Source: Acidobacteriota bacterium
GTDB lineage: Bacteria; Acidobacteriota; Vicinamibacteria; Vicinamibacterales; 2-12-FULL-66-21
Assembly (NCBI GenBank): GCA_031361295.1
Contig: JANMCN010000240.1
Coordinates: 4,505 to 68,504, forward strand
Length of the DNA: 64,000 bases
Reading direction: 5' to 3'
The position numbers and the translations under genes were made by a program. The notes under the pieces are model-generated. The model was not told where the DNA came from. It was given only the letters and a program-made list of their open reading frames with translations, and did no database searches. This document shows, in pieces, positions 52,383 through 61,952 of this stretch (position 1 is its first letter; every line of letters starts with the position of its first letter).

Positions 52383-53441
52383 ATGCAGGCGAAGCGTATC
52401 GATGTGGGGATCCTCGGCGCCACCGGGATGGTGGGGCAGCAGTTCATCAAGCAACTGACGGGACACCCCTGGTTCAATCCGGTCTGGCTCGGCGCAAGCG
52501 AGCGCTCCGAGGGGAAGCCGTACGCCGAAGCCGCCACGTGGCGGCTGTCGTCGCAGATGCCCGACGCGCTGCGCGGCGTGCGCGTGCACGCCTGCACGCC
52601 CGGGCATGCCCCCCTGCTGATGTTCTCGGCCCTCGACGCGGCGGCGGCGACGGACATCGAGCCGGCATTCGCCAGGGCCGGGCACATCGTGATCAGCAAC
52701 GCGCGAAGCTACCGGATGGATCCGTTGGTGCCGCTCCTCATCCCTGAAGTCAACGCCGATCACCTTGCGCTGCTGCCCGCGCAGCGCCGCGAACGCGGCT
52801 GGCGCGGCGCCATCATCACCAATCCGAACTGCTCGACGGTGGTCCTGTCGATGGCGCTCGCGCCGCTGCGCCAGTTCGGCCTCCGGGCGGTGATGGTCAC
52901 GACCATGCAGGCGGTGTCGGGGGCCGGGTACCCGGGGGTGCCGTCGCTCGACATCATGGGCAACGTCGTTCCGGCAATCTCCGGTGAAGAAGAGAAGATG
53001 GAGAGCGAGACGCAGAAGATTCTCGGGACGCTGCAGGGCCAGGGCGTGACCCCGCACCCGGTCGTCGTCAGCGCGCAGACCACGCGCGTCGCGGTGATCG
53101 ACGGACATACCGAGAGCGTCTCGGTCAGCCTTGACGCGAAGCCGTCGGTCGAGCAGGTGATCGAAGCGATGCGGTCGTTCCGCGGCCGGCCCCAGGAGCT
53201 CGGGCTGCCCCTTGCGCCGCCGGCGCCGGTCGTCTGGCTGGCGGCCGCCGATCGGCCGCAGCCGCGGCTGGATGCCGAACGCGACGGCGGCATGACGGTC
53301 ACGGTCGGCCGCGTGCGGCGCTGTCCCGTGCTCGACATCAAGTTCATCGCGCTCGGCCACAACACCATCCGCGGCGCCGCGGGCGCGGCCGTGCTCAATG
53401 CGGAGCTCCTGCAGGCTGAAGGCCTGCTCCAGGGCGACTGA
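52383..53441 (+). CDS. asd: Aspartate-semialdehyde dehydrogenase
   Basis: VGILGATGMVGQQF, ITNPNCSTVVL (active-site Cys) and ALGHNTIRGAAGAAVLNAE. Confidence 0.9.
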   Translation: MQAKRIDVGILGATGMVGQQFIKQLTGHPWFNPVWLGASERSEGKPYAEAATWRLSSQMPDALRGVRVHACTPGHAPLLMFSALDAAAATDIEPAFARAGHIVISNARSYRMDPLVPLLIPEVNADHLALLPAQRRERGWRGAIITNPNCSTVVLSMALAPLRQFGLRAVMVTTMQAVSGAGYPGVPSLDIMGNVVPAISGEEEKMESETQKILGTLQGQGVTPHPVVVSAQTTRVAVIDGHTESVSVSLDAKPSVEQVIEAMRSFRGRPQELGLPLAPPAPVVWLAAADRPQPRLDAERDGGMTVTVGRVRRCPVLDIKFIALGHNTIRGAAGAAVLNAELLQAEGLLQGD

Positions 53442-53443
53442 CC

Positions 53444-54838
53444 ATGGCGCTGATCGGTCCGATCGTCATGAAATTCGGCGGCACGTCCGTCGCCGACGCA
53501 GAGGCCATCGCGCGGGTAGTCGGGATCGTCAAGGGCGCCCGCGAGAGCTCGGGGCTGCCGCCCGTGGTCATCGTGTCGGCGATGAGCGGCGTGACGGATC
53601 GTCTGCTCGAGCTCACCCAGGCGTCGGAGCGGCGTCGCGATGCGCACGTGCTCAACGGCGTCGCGGATCTGTCCAGGCGCCACTTCGAGGCGGTCGAACG
53701 GCTGTTGCCGCCGGAATTCGCCAGCGGTGTCCTGGCCGAAATCGCGGCGCAGCTCGATGATCTCCGCGCGCTGCTGAAGGCCACGGGCATCCTGCGCGCG
53801 GCGTCGCCGAGCGCACACGACGCGATCGTCTGCACGGGCGAATTGATGAACAGCCGCATCCTCGCGGCCGCGCTCGAGCACGCCGGCGTCGCCACGGCGT
53901 GGGTCGACGCCCGGCGGACGATCGTGACGGACGGCGCACACACCGCCGCCGCGCCGCTCGCGCCCGAGACGCGCGAGGCGGTCGCCCGGGAGATCGTGCC
54001 GCGCGTGGCCGAGGGGAGGGTGCCGGTGCTCGGCGGCTTCGTCGGCGCCACGATCCAGGGCGTGACGACGACCCTCGGTCGCGGCGGGTCGGACTATTCG
54101 GCGGCGATTGTCGGCGCCGCGCTCGACGCCCGCGAGATCCAGATCTGGACCGACGTGGACGGCATGCTCACGGCCGATCCGCGCATCGTCGCGAATCCGC
54201 GCGTCGTGCCGCACCTCTCCTTCGGCGAAGCCTCCGAGCTCGCGTACTTCGGCGCCAAGGTGCTCCATCCGAGCACGATCCTGCCCGCCGTCGCGAAGGA
54301 CATTCCGGTGCGGATCCTGAACAGCCGCCGCCAGGACGCCACCGGCACGACCATCACGGCCGAACCGCCTCCCGCCGACCGGCCGCTGGCCGCGGTCGCG
54401 TGCAAGCGCCATGTCACGATGGTGGAAATCACGTCGACCCGGATGCTGATGGCCCACGGGTTCCTCCGCCGCGTGTTCGAGATCTTCGAGCGGTATCGCA
54501 CGGCTGTCGATGTCGTGACCACGTCCGAAGTGAGCGTGTCGGTGACCGTGGACGACGACCGGGGTCTCGCCGACATCGTCGGCGCGCTCCGGGAGTTCGC
54601 CGAGGTCAGCGTCGAATCCGATCTCGCGATCCTCTGCGCGGTGGGCGACAACCTGCGTTCCGATCCGCGCATCGCCGCGCGGGTCATCGGCGCCCTCGAG
54701 GGCTTTCGCGTCCGGATGGTGTCGCAGGCGGCGTCGCGGCGCAATGTCACCATCGTGCTGAGCGACACCGATCTCGCCGCCGCAATGGCCCAGCTGCACG
54801 ACGAATTTTTTCACGAGGCCGGGGTGAGGACCTCCTGA
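53444..54838 (+). CDS. lysC: Aspartate kinase (with C-terminal ACT domains)
   Basis: VMKFGGTSVAD, GRGGSDYSAA, WTDVDGMLTADPR, AYFGAKVLHP, then tandem ACT-like regions. Confidence 0.9.
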   Translation: MALIGPIVMKFGGTSVADAEAIARVVGIVKGARESSGLPPVVIVSAMSGVTDRLLELTQASERRRDAHVLNGVADLSRRHFEAVERLLPPEFASGVLAEIAAQLDDLRALLKATGILRAASPSAHDAIVCTGELMNSRILAAALEHAGVATAWVDARRTIVTDGAHTAAAPLAPETREAVAREIVPRVAEGRVPVLGGFVGATIQGVTTTLGRGGSDYSAAIVGAALDAREIQIWTDVDGMLTADPRIVANPRVVPHLSFGEASELAYFGAKVLHPSTILPAVAKDIPVRILNSRRQDATGTTITAEPPPADRPLAAVACKRHVTMVEITSTRMLMAHGFLRRVFEIFERYRTAVDVVTTSEVSVSVTVDDDRGLADIVGALREFAEVSVESDLAILCAVGDNLRSDPRIAARVIGALEGFRVRMVSQAASRRNVTIVLSDTDLAAAMAQLHDEFFHEAGVRTS

Positions 54839-54846
54839 GAGGACAG

Positions 54847-55521
54847 ATGCGCCTCTTACTTCTCGGCTACGGTCGCATGGGGAGAATCGTCGACGAGCTG
54901 AGCCCCGAGTACGGCATGCAGGTGGTCGGACGAGTCGACCCCGTCCACGGGCAGACGCTCGAGCGCTGGCCCGACGCCGACGTCGCCATCGATTTTTCGG
55001 TCGCGAGCGCCGTGCCCGACAACGTGCGGCGTCTCGCCACCCAGGGCATCAGCGTCGTCATCGGCACGACCGGATGGGCGGCGCAGGAGGCCGAGGTGCG
55101 GCGCGAGGCTGCCGCGGGAGGCATCGGCGTGGTTGCGGCGGCCAACTTCGCGCTCGGGGTGAATCTCTTCCTGGCGCTGGCCGAGCGCGCCGCGGAGCTC
55201 ATGGCGCCGCACGCCGCGTTCGGGGCGTGGATCCATGAGGCGCACCACGCCGCCAAGCGTGACGCCCCCTCAGGAACCGCTTTGACCCTGGAGGCCGCGG
55301 TGCGAAACCATGGCTACGATCGCCCGCTCGATGTATCGTCCACGCGAGCGGGATCCATCCCGGGCACCCATACACTCGGGTTCGACGCCGCATCGGAGAC
55401 CATCACGCTGACGCACACGGCGCGGGATCGCTCCGGCTTTGGGCGCGGCGCCCTGCAGGCGGCCCGGTGGGTCAACGGGCGCAGCGGGTGGTTCAGCATG
55501 CGGGACGTGCTGGGGATTTAG
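54847..55521 (+). CDS. dapB: 4-hydroxy-tetrahydrodipicolinate reductase
   Basis: MRLLLLGYGRMGR, VIGTTGW and EAHHAAKRDAPSGTAL (the characteristic E-x-HH-x-K-x-DAPSGTA). Confidence 0.85.
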   Translation: MRLLLLGYGRMGRIVDELSPEYGMQVVGRVDPVHGQTLERWPDADVAIDFSVASAVPDNVRRLATQGISVVIGTTGWAAQEAEVRREAAAGGIGVVAAANFALGVNLFLALAERAAELMAPHAAFGAWIHEAHHAAKRDAPSGTALTLEAAVRNHGYDRPLDVSSTRAGSIPGTHTLGFDAASETITLTHTARDRSGFGRGALQAARWVNGRSGWFSMRDVLGI

Positions 55522-55655
55522 GTCACGGGAGGCGGGGTGTCAGCTGTGACGTTCCGGGACGTCCGGCGTGGCTCGCGTGGCGGTGTTTGACACGGTGCGC
55601 TCCCGGCTGTGACCGGCATCCGACAGCTGAGAGCGACAAGAGAGGAGCGACGTAG

Positions 55656-56564
55656 ATGAGAGACCCGTTTACGGGATGCGGCACGGCGCTCGTCACGCCG
55701 TTCACGCGCAGCGGCGCGCTGGACGAGGCTGGTGTGCGCAGGCTCGCGAAGCGTCAGGTCGAGGCCGGCATTCACTTTCTCGTGCCGTGCGGCACGACCG
55801 GGGAAACGCCGACCCTCACGGCCGCGGAGCGTGTCCGGGTCGTCGAGCTCGTCGTGGCCGAAGCGAAGGGCAAGGTGCCGGTACTCGCCGGGGCCGGCGG
55901 ATACAACACGCATGAGGTGATCGAGTCGGCGCTCGAAATGGCGCGCGCGGGGGCGGACGGCATCCTGTCGGTGGCGCCGTACTACAACAAGCCCACCCAG
56001 GAGGGGTTGTTTCAGCACTACCAGGCGATCGCCGGCGCGGTCCCCCTCCCGATCGTCGTCTACAACGTGCCGGGGCGCACGGGGTGCAACGTGGAGGTCG
56101 GCACGGTGGCGCGCCTGACGCAGATCCCGAACATCATCGGCGTCAAGGAGGCGTCGGGCAACGTCACCCAGATGTGCGAACTCTGCCACGCGGTGCCGGA
56201 GCGGTTTCTCGTCCTTTCCGGCGACGATGTGCTGACGCTTCCCGTGATGTCGGTTGGAGGGCGCGGCATCGTGTCGGTCGCGTCGAACGAAGTGCCGTCC
56301 GAAATGGTGCGGATGGTCGAATTCGCCGAGGCGGGCGATTTCGCGGCCGCCAGGAAGGTGCACCACGCTCTGCTGCCGCTCATGCAGGTCAACTTCGTCG
56401 AGTCGAGTCCGATTCCCGTGAAGGCTGCGATGGCGATGATGGGTCTCGTGGAAGAGGTCTATCGGCTGCCGCTCGTGCCGCCAAGCGCGGCGTCTCGCGA
56501 GCGCATCGGCAGGGTGCTGCGCGAAACCGGGTTGCCGGTCGCCGACGCGGCCGTCCGCGCCTGA
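55656..56564 (+). CDS. dapA: 4-hydroxy-tetrahydrodipicolinate synthase
   Basis: GCGTALVTPF, LVPCGTTGETPTLT, YNKPTQEG, IVVYNVPGRTG and IIGVKEASG (Schiff-base Lys). Confidence 0.9.
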   Translation: MRDPFTGCGTALVTPFTRSGALDEAGVRRLAKRQVEAGIHFLVPCGTTGETPTLTAAERVRVVELVVAEAKGKVPVLAGAGGYNTHEVIESALEMARAGADGILSVAPYYNKPTQEGLFQHYQAIAGAVPLPIVVYNVPGRTGCNVEVGTVARLTQIPNIIGVKEASGNVTQMCELCHAVPERFLVLSGDDVLTLPVMSVGGRGIVSVASNEVPSEMVRMVEFAEAGDFAAARKVHHALLPLMQVNFVESSPIPVKAAMAMMGLVEEVYRLPLVPPSAASRERIGRVLRETGLPVADAAVRA

Positions 56565-56586
56565 CGCCTGATCCGCTGGGACACGC

Positions 56587-57429
56587 ATGAGCACGATCGC
56601 GACCGAGATCACCGAACTGTTCGCCGCCGGCACCACCGCGAATCGCGACCAGGTCCGCGACGTCTTCGCCAGGCTTCGCGCCGCCCTGTCGGCCGGTGAG
56701 GCGCGCGCCGCCGAGCCCGATCCGTCCACGCCGTCGGGATGGCGGGTGAACACCTGGGTCAAGCAGGGCATCCTGCTGGGGTTCCGTTTCGGTGACGTCG
56801 TGGACGTCTCCGCCGACCACGGACGATGGCCGTTTGCCGACAAGGACACACTGCCGCTCCGGCGCCTCGACCCCTGGGCAGGCGTTCGCATCGTGCCCGG
56901 GGGATCCACGGTGCGGGACGGGGCGTTTCTGGGACGGGCGGTCGTCTGCATGCCGCCGATGTACATCAATATCGGCGCTTATGTCGGGGACGAGACGCTC
57001 ATCGACTCGCACGCGCTCGTCGGATCGTGCGCCCAGATCGGCCGGCGCGTGCACATCAGCGCCGCCGCCCAGATTGGCGGCGTGCTCGAGCCGGTCGGAG
57101 CGCTGCCCGTGGTGATTGAGGACGATGTGCTCGTCGGCGGGAACTGTGGGATCTACGAAGGCGCGATCGTCAAGCGCCGCGCCGTGCTCGCATCGGGCAC
57201 CATCCTCACGGCGTCCACCCCGATCTACGACCTGCCGAACGCGCGCATCATCACGGCATCGGGCGGCCCCCTGATCGTCCCCGAAGGCGCTGTGGTGGTC
57301 CCGGGCACGCGGCCTGTCACGAGCGGGCCCGGGCTCGCCTGGGGACTCGCCGTCGCCACGCCGATCATCGTCAAGTACCGCGACGACAAGACGGACCTGC
57401 GGACCGCGCTCGAAGACTGGATCCGCTGA
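56587..57429 (+). CDS. dapD: Tetrahydrodipicolinate N-succinyltransferase (LbH hexapeptide-repeat acyltransferase)
   Basis: NTWVKQGILLGF, then a hexapeptide-repeat region (IGAYVGDETLIDSHALVGSCAQIGRRVHISAAAQIGGVLEP) and a C-terminal KYRDDKT. I did not verify succinyl versus acetyl specificity. Confidence 0.8.
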   Translation: MSTIATEITELFAAGTTANRDQVRDVFARLRAALSAGEARAAEPDPSTPSGWRVNTWVKQGILLGFRFGDVVDVSADHGRWPFADKDTLPLRRLDPWAGVRIVPGGSTVRDGAFLGRAVVCMPPMYINIGAYVGDETLIDSHALVGSCAQIGRRVHISAAAQIGGVLEPVGALPVVIEDDVLVGGNCGIYEGAIVKRRAVLASGTILTASTPIYDLPNARIITASGGPLIVPEGAVVVPGTRPVTSGPGLAWGLAVATPIIVKYRDDKTDLRTALEDWIR

Positions 57430-57433
57430 CACC

Positions 57434-57462
57434 CGGGATTGGGATTGGGGATTCGGGATCGG
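57434..57462 (+). repeat. G-tract tandem repeat (GGGATT-like x5), canonical G-quadruplex-type motif
   Basis: gggattgggattggggattcgggatcggg has five runs of at least 3 G separated by 3-4 nt loops. It is on the sense strand between dapD and the dapE-like gene. Confidence 0.8.
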
Positions 57463-57478
57463 GCCCCGGGACAAAAGT

Positions 57479-58486
57479 ATGACACTGCCGTTCGACCCGA
57501 TCGGTTTCGCCCGCGCGCTCATTGACATCGATTCCACGACGGGCCGCGAGGCCGAGGCGGGGCAGTGGCTGGCGCGCGAACTGCGCACGCTCGGCTACCG
57601 CGTTGTCGAGCAGCCGGTGGAACGGGGCTGCGCGAACGTGATCGCGACGCTGGATCCCCCCGTCGTCGTGCTGTCCACGCACTACGACTGCGTGCCCCCG
57701 TTCTTTCCGAGCCGGATCGAGAATGGACGGCTGTACGGCCGCGGTTCCTGCGATGCGAAGGGCATCCTGGCGGCCCAGGTCGCGGCGGCCGAGCGGTTGA
57801 GGGCGACGGGCGAACGTCGCGTGGGACTGCTGTTCGTCGTCGGGGAGGAACGTGGCAGCGACGGGGCTGTGGCGGCAAATGCGACCCCTCCGGGTTCACG
57901 GTTCCTGATCAACGGCGAGCCGACCGACAACCGTCTCGGGGCCGCGACACGCGGTGTGTTCCGGATCCGTCTGCGGGCATCGGGGCGGGCCGCTCACTCC
58001 GCTGTTCCGGAGCAGGGGGTGTCGGCGATCGACAAGCTCATCGACGCGCTCGTACTGCTCCGGGCCCTGCCGCTGCCATCGGAGACGGAGCTCGGGTCCA
58101 CCTACTACAGCGTGGGGCTCATCGAGGGCGGCGTGGCGCCCAACGTCATTTCCCCGAGCGCATCCGCGGAGATCCTGTTCCGCACCGTCGGCCCTCCGGA
58201 CGATATCCTCGACGCGATCCGGCCGCTGCACGCCCTGGTGACGTCTGAAGAGATATTACGTGTGCCGGTCGTGCGCCTCCAGACGATGCCGGGGTTCGAC
58301 ACCGCCGTGTTTGCATTCACCACTGATGTGCCCTTTCTCTCCGCCTGGGGTGTGCCGCTGCTGTTCGGTCCCGGTTCCATCCTCGTCGCGCACACGGCCG
58401 AAGAGCATCTGGAGATCGCCCAGCTGAACCGCGCGGTTGACGCGTACGAGCAGCTGGCGACCGCCTGTCTGGCGTCCACGTCATAG
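57479..58486 (+). CDS. M20-family metallopeptidase/deacylase (succinyl-diaminopimelate desuccinylase or ArgE-like)
   Basis: STHYDCVP, YGRGSCDAKG, FVVGEERGSDG, INGEPT and AHSA. Its position after dapD suggests a DapE role, which is inference. Confidence 0.7.
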   Translation: MTLPFDPIGFARALIDIDSTTGREAEAGQWLARELRTLGYRVVEQPVERGCANVIATLDPPVVVLSTHYDCVPPFFPSRIENGRLYGRGSCDAKGILAAQVAAAERLRATGERRVGLLFVVGEERGSDGAVAANATPPGSRFLINGEPTDNRLGAATRGVFRIRLRASGRAAHSAVPEQGVSAIDKLIDALVLLRALPLPSETELGSTYYSVGLIEGGVAPNVISPSASAEILFRTVGPPDDILDAIRPLHALVTSEEILRVPVVRLQTMPGFDTAVFAFTTDVPFLSAWGVPLLFGPGSILVAHTAEEHLEIAQLNRAVDAYEQLATACLASTS

Positions 58487-58615
58487 CCACGCGCCGGGTA
58501 AACACAACCCGGCCCGTCGCCGTAACCTACTGAACCGTCGCGCACTCCGAGAGAGGCCTCTCAGGCGACGGCGGTACAATGAGCGCGGAGGCCGAAGGCG
58601 TGCCCAGCCGCCGGA

Positions 58616-60904
58616 GTGACCTTGGATTCGCTCTTCCGTTTTCTGTTCGGCTATCGGCCCGTCATTTTTCATCAGGGAGAGTTTCGCCTGGCTCCCTCGA
58701 CGGGTTCGTACGTCGCCGCGGCGTTCGCGCTCGTGGCGATTGCCGCCACTGTTCTCACGTACCGCGCGGTCGCCACCAGCGGCCGGACGCGTGACCGTGT
58801 CGTACTGACAGTCCTCCGCATCGCGACGCTCGGAATGGTGCTGGTCTGCCTGTTCCGGCCGATTCTTGTCGTGAAGGCCGCGGTTCCGCAGCAGAACTTT
58901 CTTGCCGTCCTCATCGATGATTCCCGGAGCATGCAGATCGCCGACTGGGGGACCAGGCCCCGCGGCGCCTTCGTCCGGGAGGCGTTCGGGAAGGATGCCG
59001 CGCTGATGAAGGCGTTGTCGGAGCGCTTCGTCCTTCGAACATTCCGGTTTTCGGCCTCCGCAGGGCGCCTGCAGTCGACGGACGACCTGACGTTCGGCGG
59101 CGTGCAGACCCGGCTGGGCGCGGCGCTCGACGGCGCCCGGCAGGAGCTCGCCGGATTGCCGCTTGCGGGGATGGTTCTCGTCAGTGACGGCGCGGATACG
59201 ACCGACGCGTCGCTGTCTGACGCGCTGCTCGGCTTGAAGGCAGCTGCGGTGCCGGTCTTCACCGTCGGTGTGGGCCGGGATCGGATCGCGCGCGACGTCC
59301 AGGTGGATCGCGTGTCCACGCCCCGCACCGCGCTCCGCGGCACGTCGCTCGTGATCGACGCCGTGGTGACGCAAACCGGGTACGCAGGACAAACGGTGTC
59401 GCTCGACGTCGAGGACGAAGGGCGGATCGTCGGCTCGCAGGACGTGAAGCTTCCCGCGGACGGAGAACCGGCGGCGGTGCGCGTCAGGTTCACCGCGGCG
59501 GAGGCCGGACCGCGTGTGTTCGCGTTCCGGATTGCGCCGCGGCCCGGTGAGCTCGTGACCCAGAACAACGTGCGGGACGCGCTCATCGACGTCTCCGATC
59601 GTCGCGAGCCGATCCTCTACTACGAGGGTGAGCCGCGGTCGGAGATGGCGTTCCTCAACCGCGCGGTGCACGACGACAAGAACCTGTCGGTCGTGACCCT
59701 GCAGCGGACGGCGGACAACAAGTATCAGCGTTTCCTCGAGGTGGACAATCCCGAGCAGCTGGCGGCGGGGTTCCCGAAGACACGCGAGGAGCTCTTCGCG
59801 TATCGCGGCCTGATGCTCGGCAGCGTCGAAGCAGGCGCATTCACGGGGGATCAGCTGCGGATGATCGGCGAATTCGTCGAACGCCGCGGCGGCGGTCTGC
59901 TCGTCATGGGGGGCCCCCGATCGTTTGCCGAGGGGGGATATGCGGGCACGCCGGTCGCCGATGCGCTGCCGGTAACCCTCGAACGCGCCGCACGCGTGGT
60001 CGACCCCCTTCCGGTGGCCCGCCTTCACGTGAAGCCGACGCGGGCCGGCGAAGCGCATGGCGTCACCCAGATTGCGCCGACCGAGGCCGCCTCGCTCGCG
60101 CGCTGGAAAGACATGCCGGTCGTGACGAGTGTCAATGCGATCACCGCCGTGAAACCTGGGGCCACGGTCCTGTTGAGCGGCACGGACGGCCGGAAGGAAC
60201 AGGTCGTGCTCGCGTGGCAGCGCTACGGGCGCGGCAAGGCCCTGGCGTTCCCGGTGCAGGATTCGTGGCACTGGCAGATGGACGTCAGGATGAGCCTCGA
60301 GGACCAGACACACGAGAACTACTGGCGTCAGCTGCTGCGGTGGCTGGTGGACGGCGTGCCCGGGCCGGTCGACGTCCATGCGCTCGCGGATCGTGTGGAG
60401 CCCGGCGAGCAGGCCACGCTCGTCGCGGACGTCGTGGACGGCACTTTCGTCGAAGTGAACGATGCGCGCGTCGTGGCGAAGGTGACCGGCCCGAAGGGAG
60501 AGCTCAGTGACGTCCCGATGCAGTGGACCGGCGAGCGGAACGGCCAGTACCGCGCCACCTTTCCGACCGCGGCGGCCGGGATGTACTCGGCGCAGGTCGA
60601 GGCCTCCCGGGCGGGGAAGGCGCTTGGCGCAGGACGGACCGATGTTCGCGTCGCACCAGGCGACGCCGAATATTTCGATGCCGCCATGCACGCACAGCGG
60701 CTGCGGCGGATCGCGGAAGACACGGGCGGCCGGTTCTACACGCCCGAGACCATCGGCGGCATGCCCGACGACTTGCGTTACACCGGTCGTGGCGTCACCA
60801 CGGTCGAAGAGCGCGAGCTCTGGCACATGCCCATCGTATTGATGCTGTTTCTCGGGCTCCTCGGTGCGGAGTGGGGGTACCGCCGCGCCGTCGGCCTGGC
60901 CTGA
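58616..60904 (+). CDS. Membrane-anchored vWA-domain protein with C-terminal GATase1/ThuA-like (DUF1355-type) domain, BatA/BatB-like
   Basis: Two N-terminal TM helices, the MIDAS-like motif AVLIDDSRSM, a later GGGLLVMGGPRSF, and a C-terminal TM helix (MPIVLMLFLGLLGAEW). Confidence 0.6.
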   Translation: MTLDSLFRFLFGYRPVIFHQGEFRLAPSTGSYVAAAFALVAIAATVLTYRAVATSGRTRDRVVLTVLRIATLGMVLVCLFRPILVVKAAVPQQNFLAVLIDDSRSMQIADWGTRPRGAFVREAFGKDAALMKALSERFVLRTFRFSASAGRLQSTDDLTFGGVQTRLGAALDGARQELAGLPLAGMVLVSDGADTTDASLSDALLGLKAAAVPVFTVGVGRDRIARDVQVDRVSTPRTALRGTSLVIDAVVTQTGYAGQTVSLDVEDEGRIVGSQDVKLPADGEPAAVRVRFTAAEAGPRVFAFRIAPRPGELVTQNNVRDALIDVSDRREPILYYEGEPRSEMAFLNRAVHDDKNLSVVTLQRTADNKYQRFLEVDNPEQLAAGFPKTREELFAYRGLMLGSVEAGAFTGDQLRMIGEFVERRGGGLLVMGGPRSFAEGGYAGTPVADALPVTLERAARVVDPLPVARLHVKPTRAGEAHGVTQIAPTEAASLARWKDMPVVTSVNAITAVKPGATVLLSGTDGRKEQVVLAWQRYGRGKALAFPVQDSWHWQMDVRMSLEDQTHENYWRQLLRWLVDGVPGPVDVHALADRVEPGEQATLVADVVDGTFVEVNDARVVAKVTGPKGELSDVPMQWTGERNGQYRATFPTAAAGMYSAQVEASRAGKALGAGRTDVRVAPGDAEYFDAAMHAQRLRRIAEDTGGRFYTPETIGGMPDDLRYTGRGVTTVEERELWHMPIVLMLFLGLLGAEWGYRRAVGLA

Positions 60905-60950
60905 TGGGGACGCTCAGTTCTTGCCGCAAGGGGTTGCAACCAGAGTCACG

Positions 60951-61952
60951 ATGTTCCAGAGCCTGACGAGACGTGTCGTGTTGTCGGCGGCGCTGTGTCT
61001 CACGGCGGCTCCCGTGGCGGCCCAGAACGTCCACCTGGCGGTGATCGTGGGCCTGCCGGGCGATCCTGAACACGCCAGGCTGTTCGCGCGGTGGGCATCC
61101 ACGCTGGTGGACGCCGCGACAGGGCGGCTGGGGATCCCCAGGGACCACATCGTGTACCTCACGGAGAAGCCGGAGGAAGACACCCAGCGCGCCACCGGCA
61201 GGTCCACGCAGGCTGACATCACGCGCGCGTTCGAGGCGTTCGCCCGCAGCGCGAAGCAGGACGACGTCGTGTTCGTCGTGCTCATTGGGCACGGCACGTT
61301 CGACGGGCGCGTCGCCAAGTTCAACTTACCGGGGCCCGACATGACCCCGGCCGACTTTGCGGCGCTGCTGAAGAGCCTGAAGGCCAGGCAGGTCGTCTTC
61401 GTCAACACGGCAAGCTCGAGCGGACCGTTCCTCGCCGGGCTGTCCGGGCCCGGCCGGACGATCGTGACGGCCACGCGCTCGGGCGCGGAGCGGTTCGCCA
61501 CGCTCTTCGGCGGCTATTTCGTCGATGCGCTGGCGGGCGACACCGCGGATGCGGACCGGAACCGCCGCGTGTCGGTACTCGAGGCTTTCGACGCGGCGCG
61601 GCTTGGGGTGGCCCGCGCGTACGAGCAGGCGGGCACGATGCTCACGGAGCACCCCCTCCTCGATGACAGCGGCGACAAACAAGGTACCGCGGATCCGAGG
61701 CCGGACGGTGCGAACGGCCGGATCGCCGCCGTGCTGTCGCTCGGCACGGCGACGTCAGCCGAGGCGCTGCCGCAGGATCCAAAAATCCGGGCCCTCTACG
61801 AGGAGCGGCGGGATCTCGAGCGCCGCGTCGAGGGGCTCAAGCTGATGAAGACCGGGATGGACCCGGCGCGCTATGCGACGGCGCTCGAACAGGTCCTGAC
61901 GGAACTTGCGCTCAAGAGCCGTCAGATCAAGGTCGCAGAGGGGCAACGGTGA
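60951..61952 (+). CDS. Secreted caspase/legumain-fold (peptidase C13-like) protein, possibly non-catalytic
   Basis: Signal peptide, then LAVIVGLPGD, VVFVVLIGHGTFDG (His-Gly) and VVFVNTASSSGPF, where a C13 enzyme would carry the nucleophile Cys. The alignment was made by eye only. Confidence 0.5.
   Translation: MFQSLTRRVVLSAALCLTAAPVAAQNVHLAVIVGLPGDPEHARLFARWASTLVDAATGRLGIPRDHIVYLTEKPEEDTQRATGRSTQADITRAFEAFARSAKQDDVVFVVLIGHGTFDGRVAKFNLPGPDMTPADFAALLKSLKARQVVFVNTASSSGPFLAGLSGPGRTIVTATRSGAERFATLFGGYFVDALAGDTADADRNRRVSVLEAFDAARLGVARAYEQAGTMLTEHPLLDDSGDKQGTADPRPDGANGRIAAVLSLGTATSAEALPQDPKIRALYEERRDLERRVEGLKLMKTGMDPARYATALEQVLTELALKSRQIKVAEGQR

Noticed and set aside
52760-54814. 684-aa ORF on the minus strand
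   Set aside because: It is antisense to asd and lysC, which carry unambiguous signatures (NPNCST, KFGGTSV).
58481-60826. 781-aa ORF on the minus strand
   Set aside because: It is antisense to the vWA/GATase-like membrane protein gene. It has no motifs and a shadow-ORF composition.
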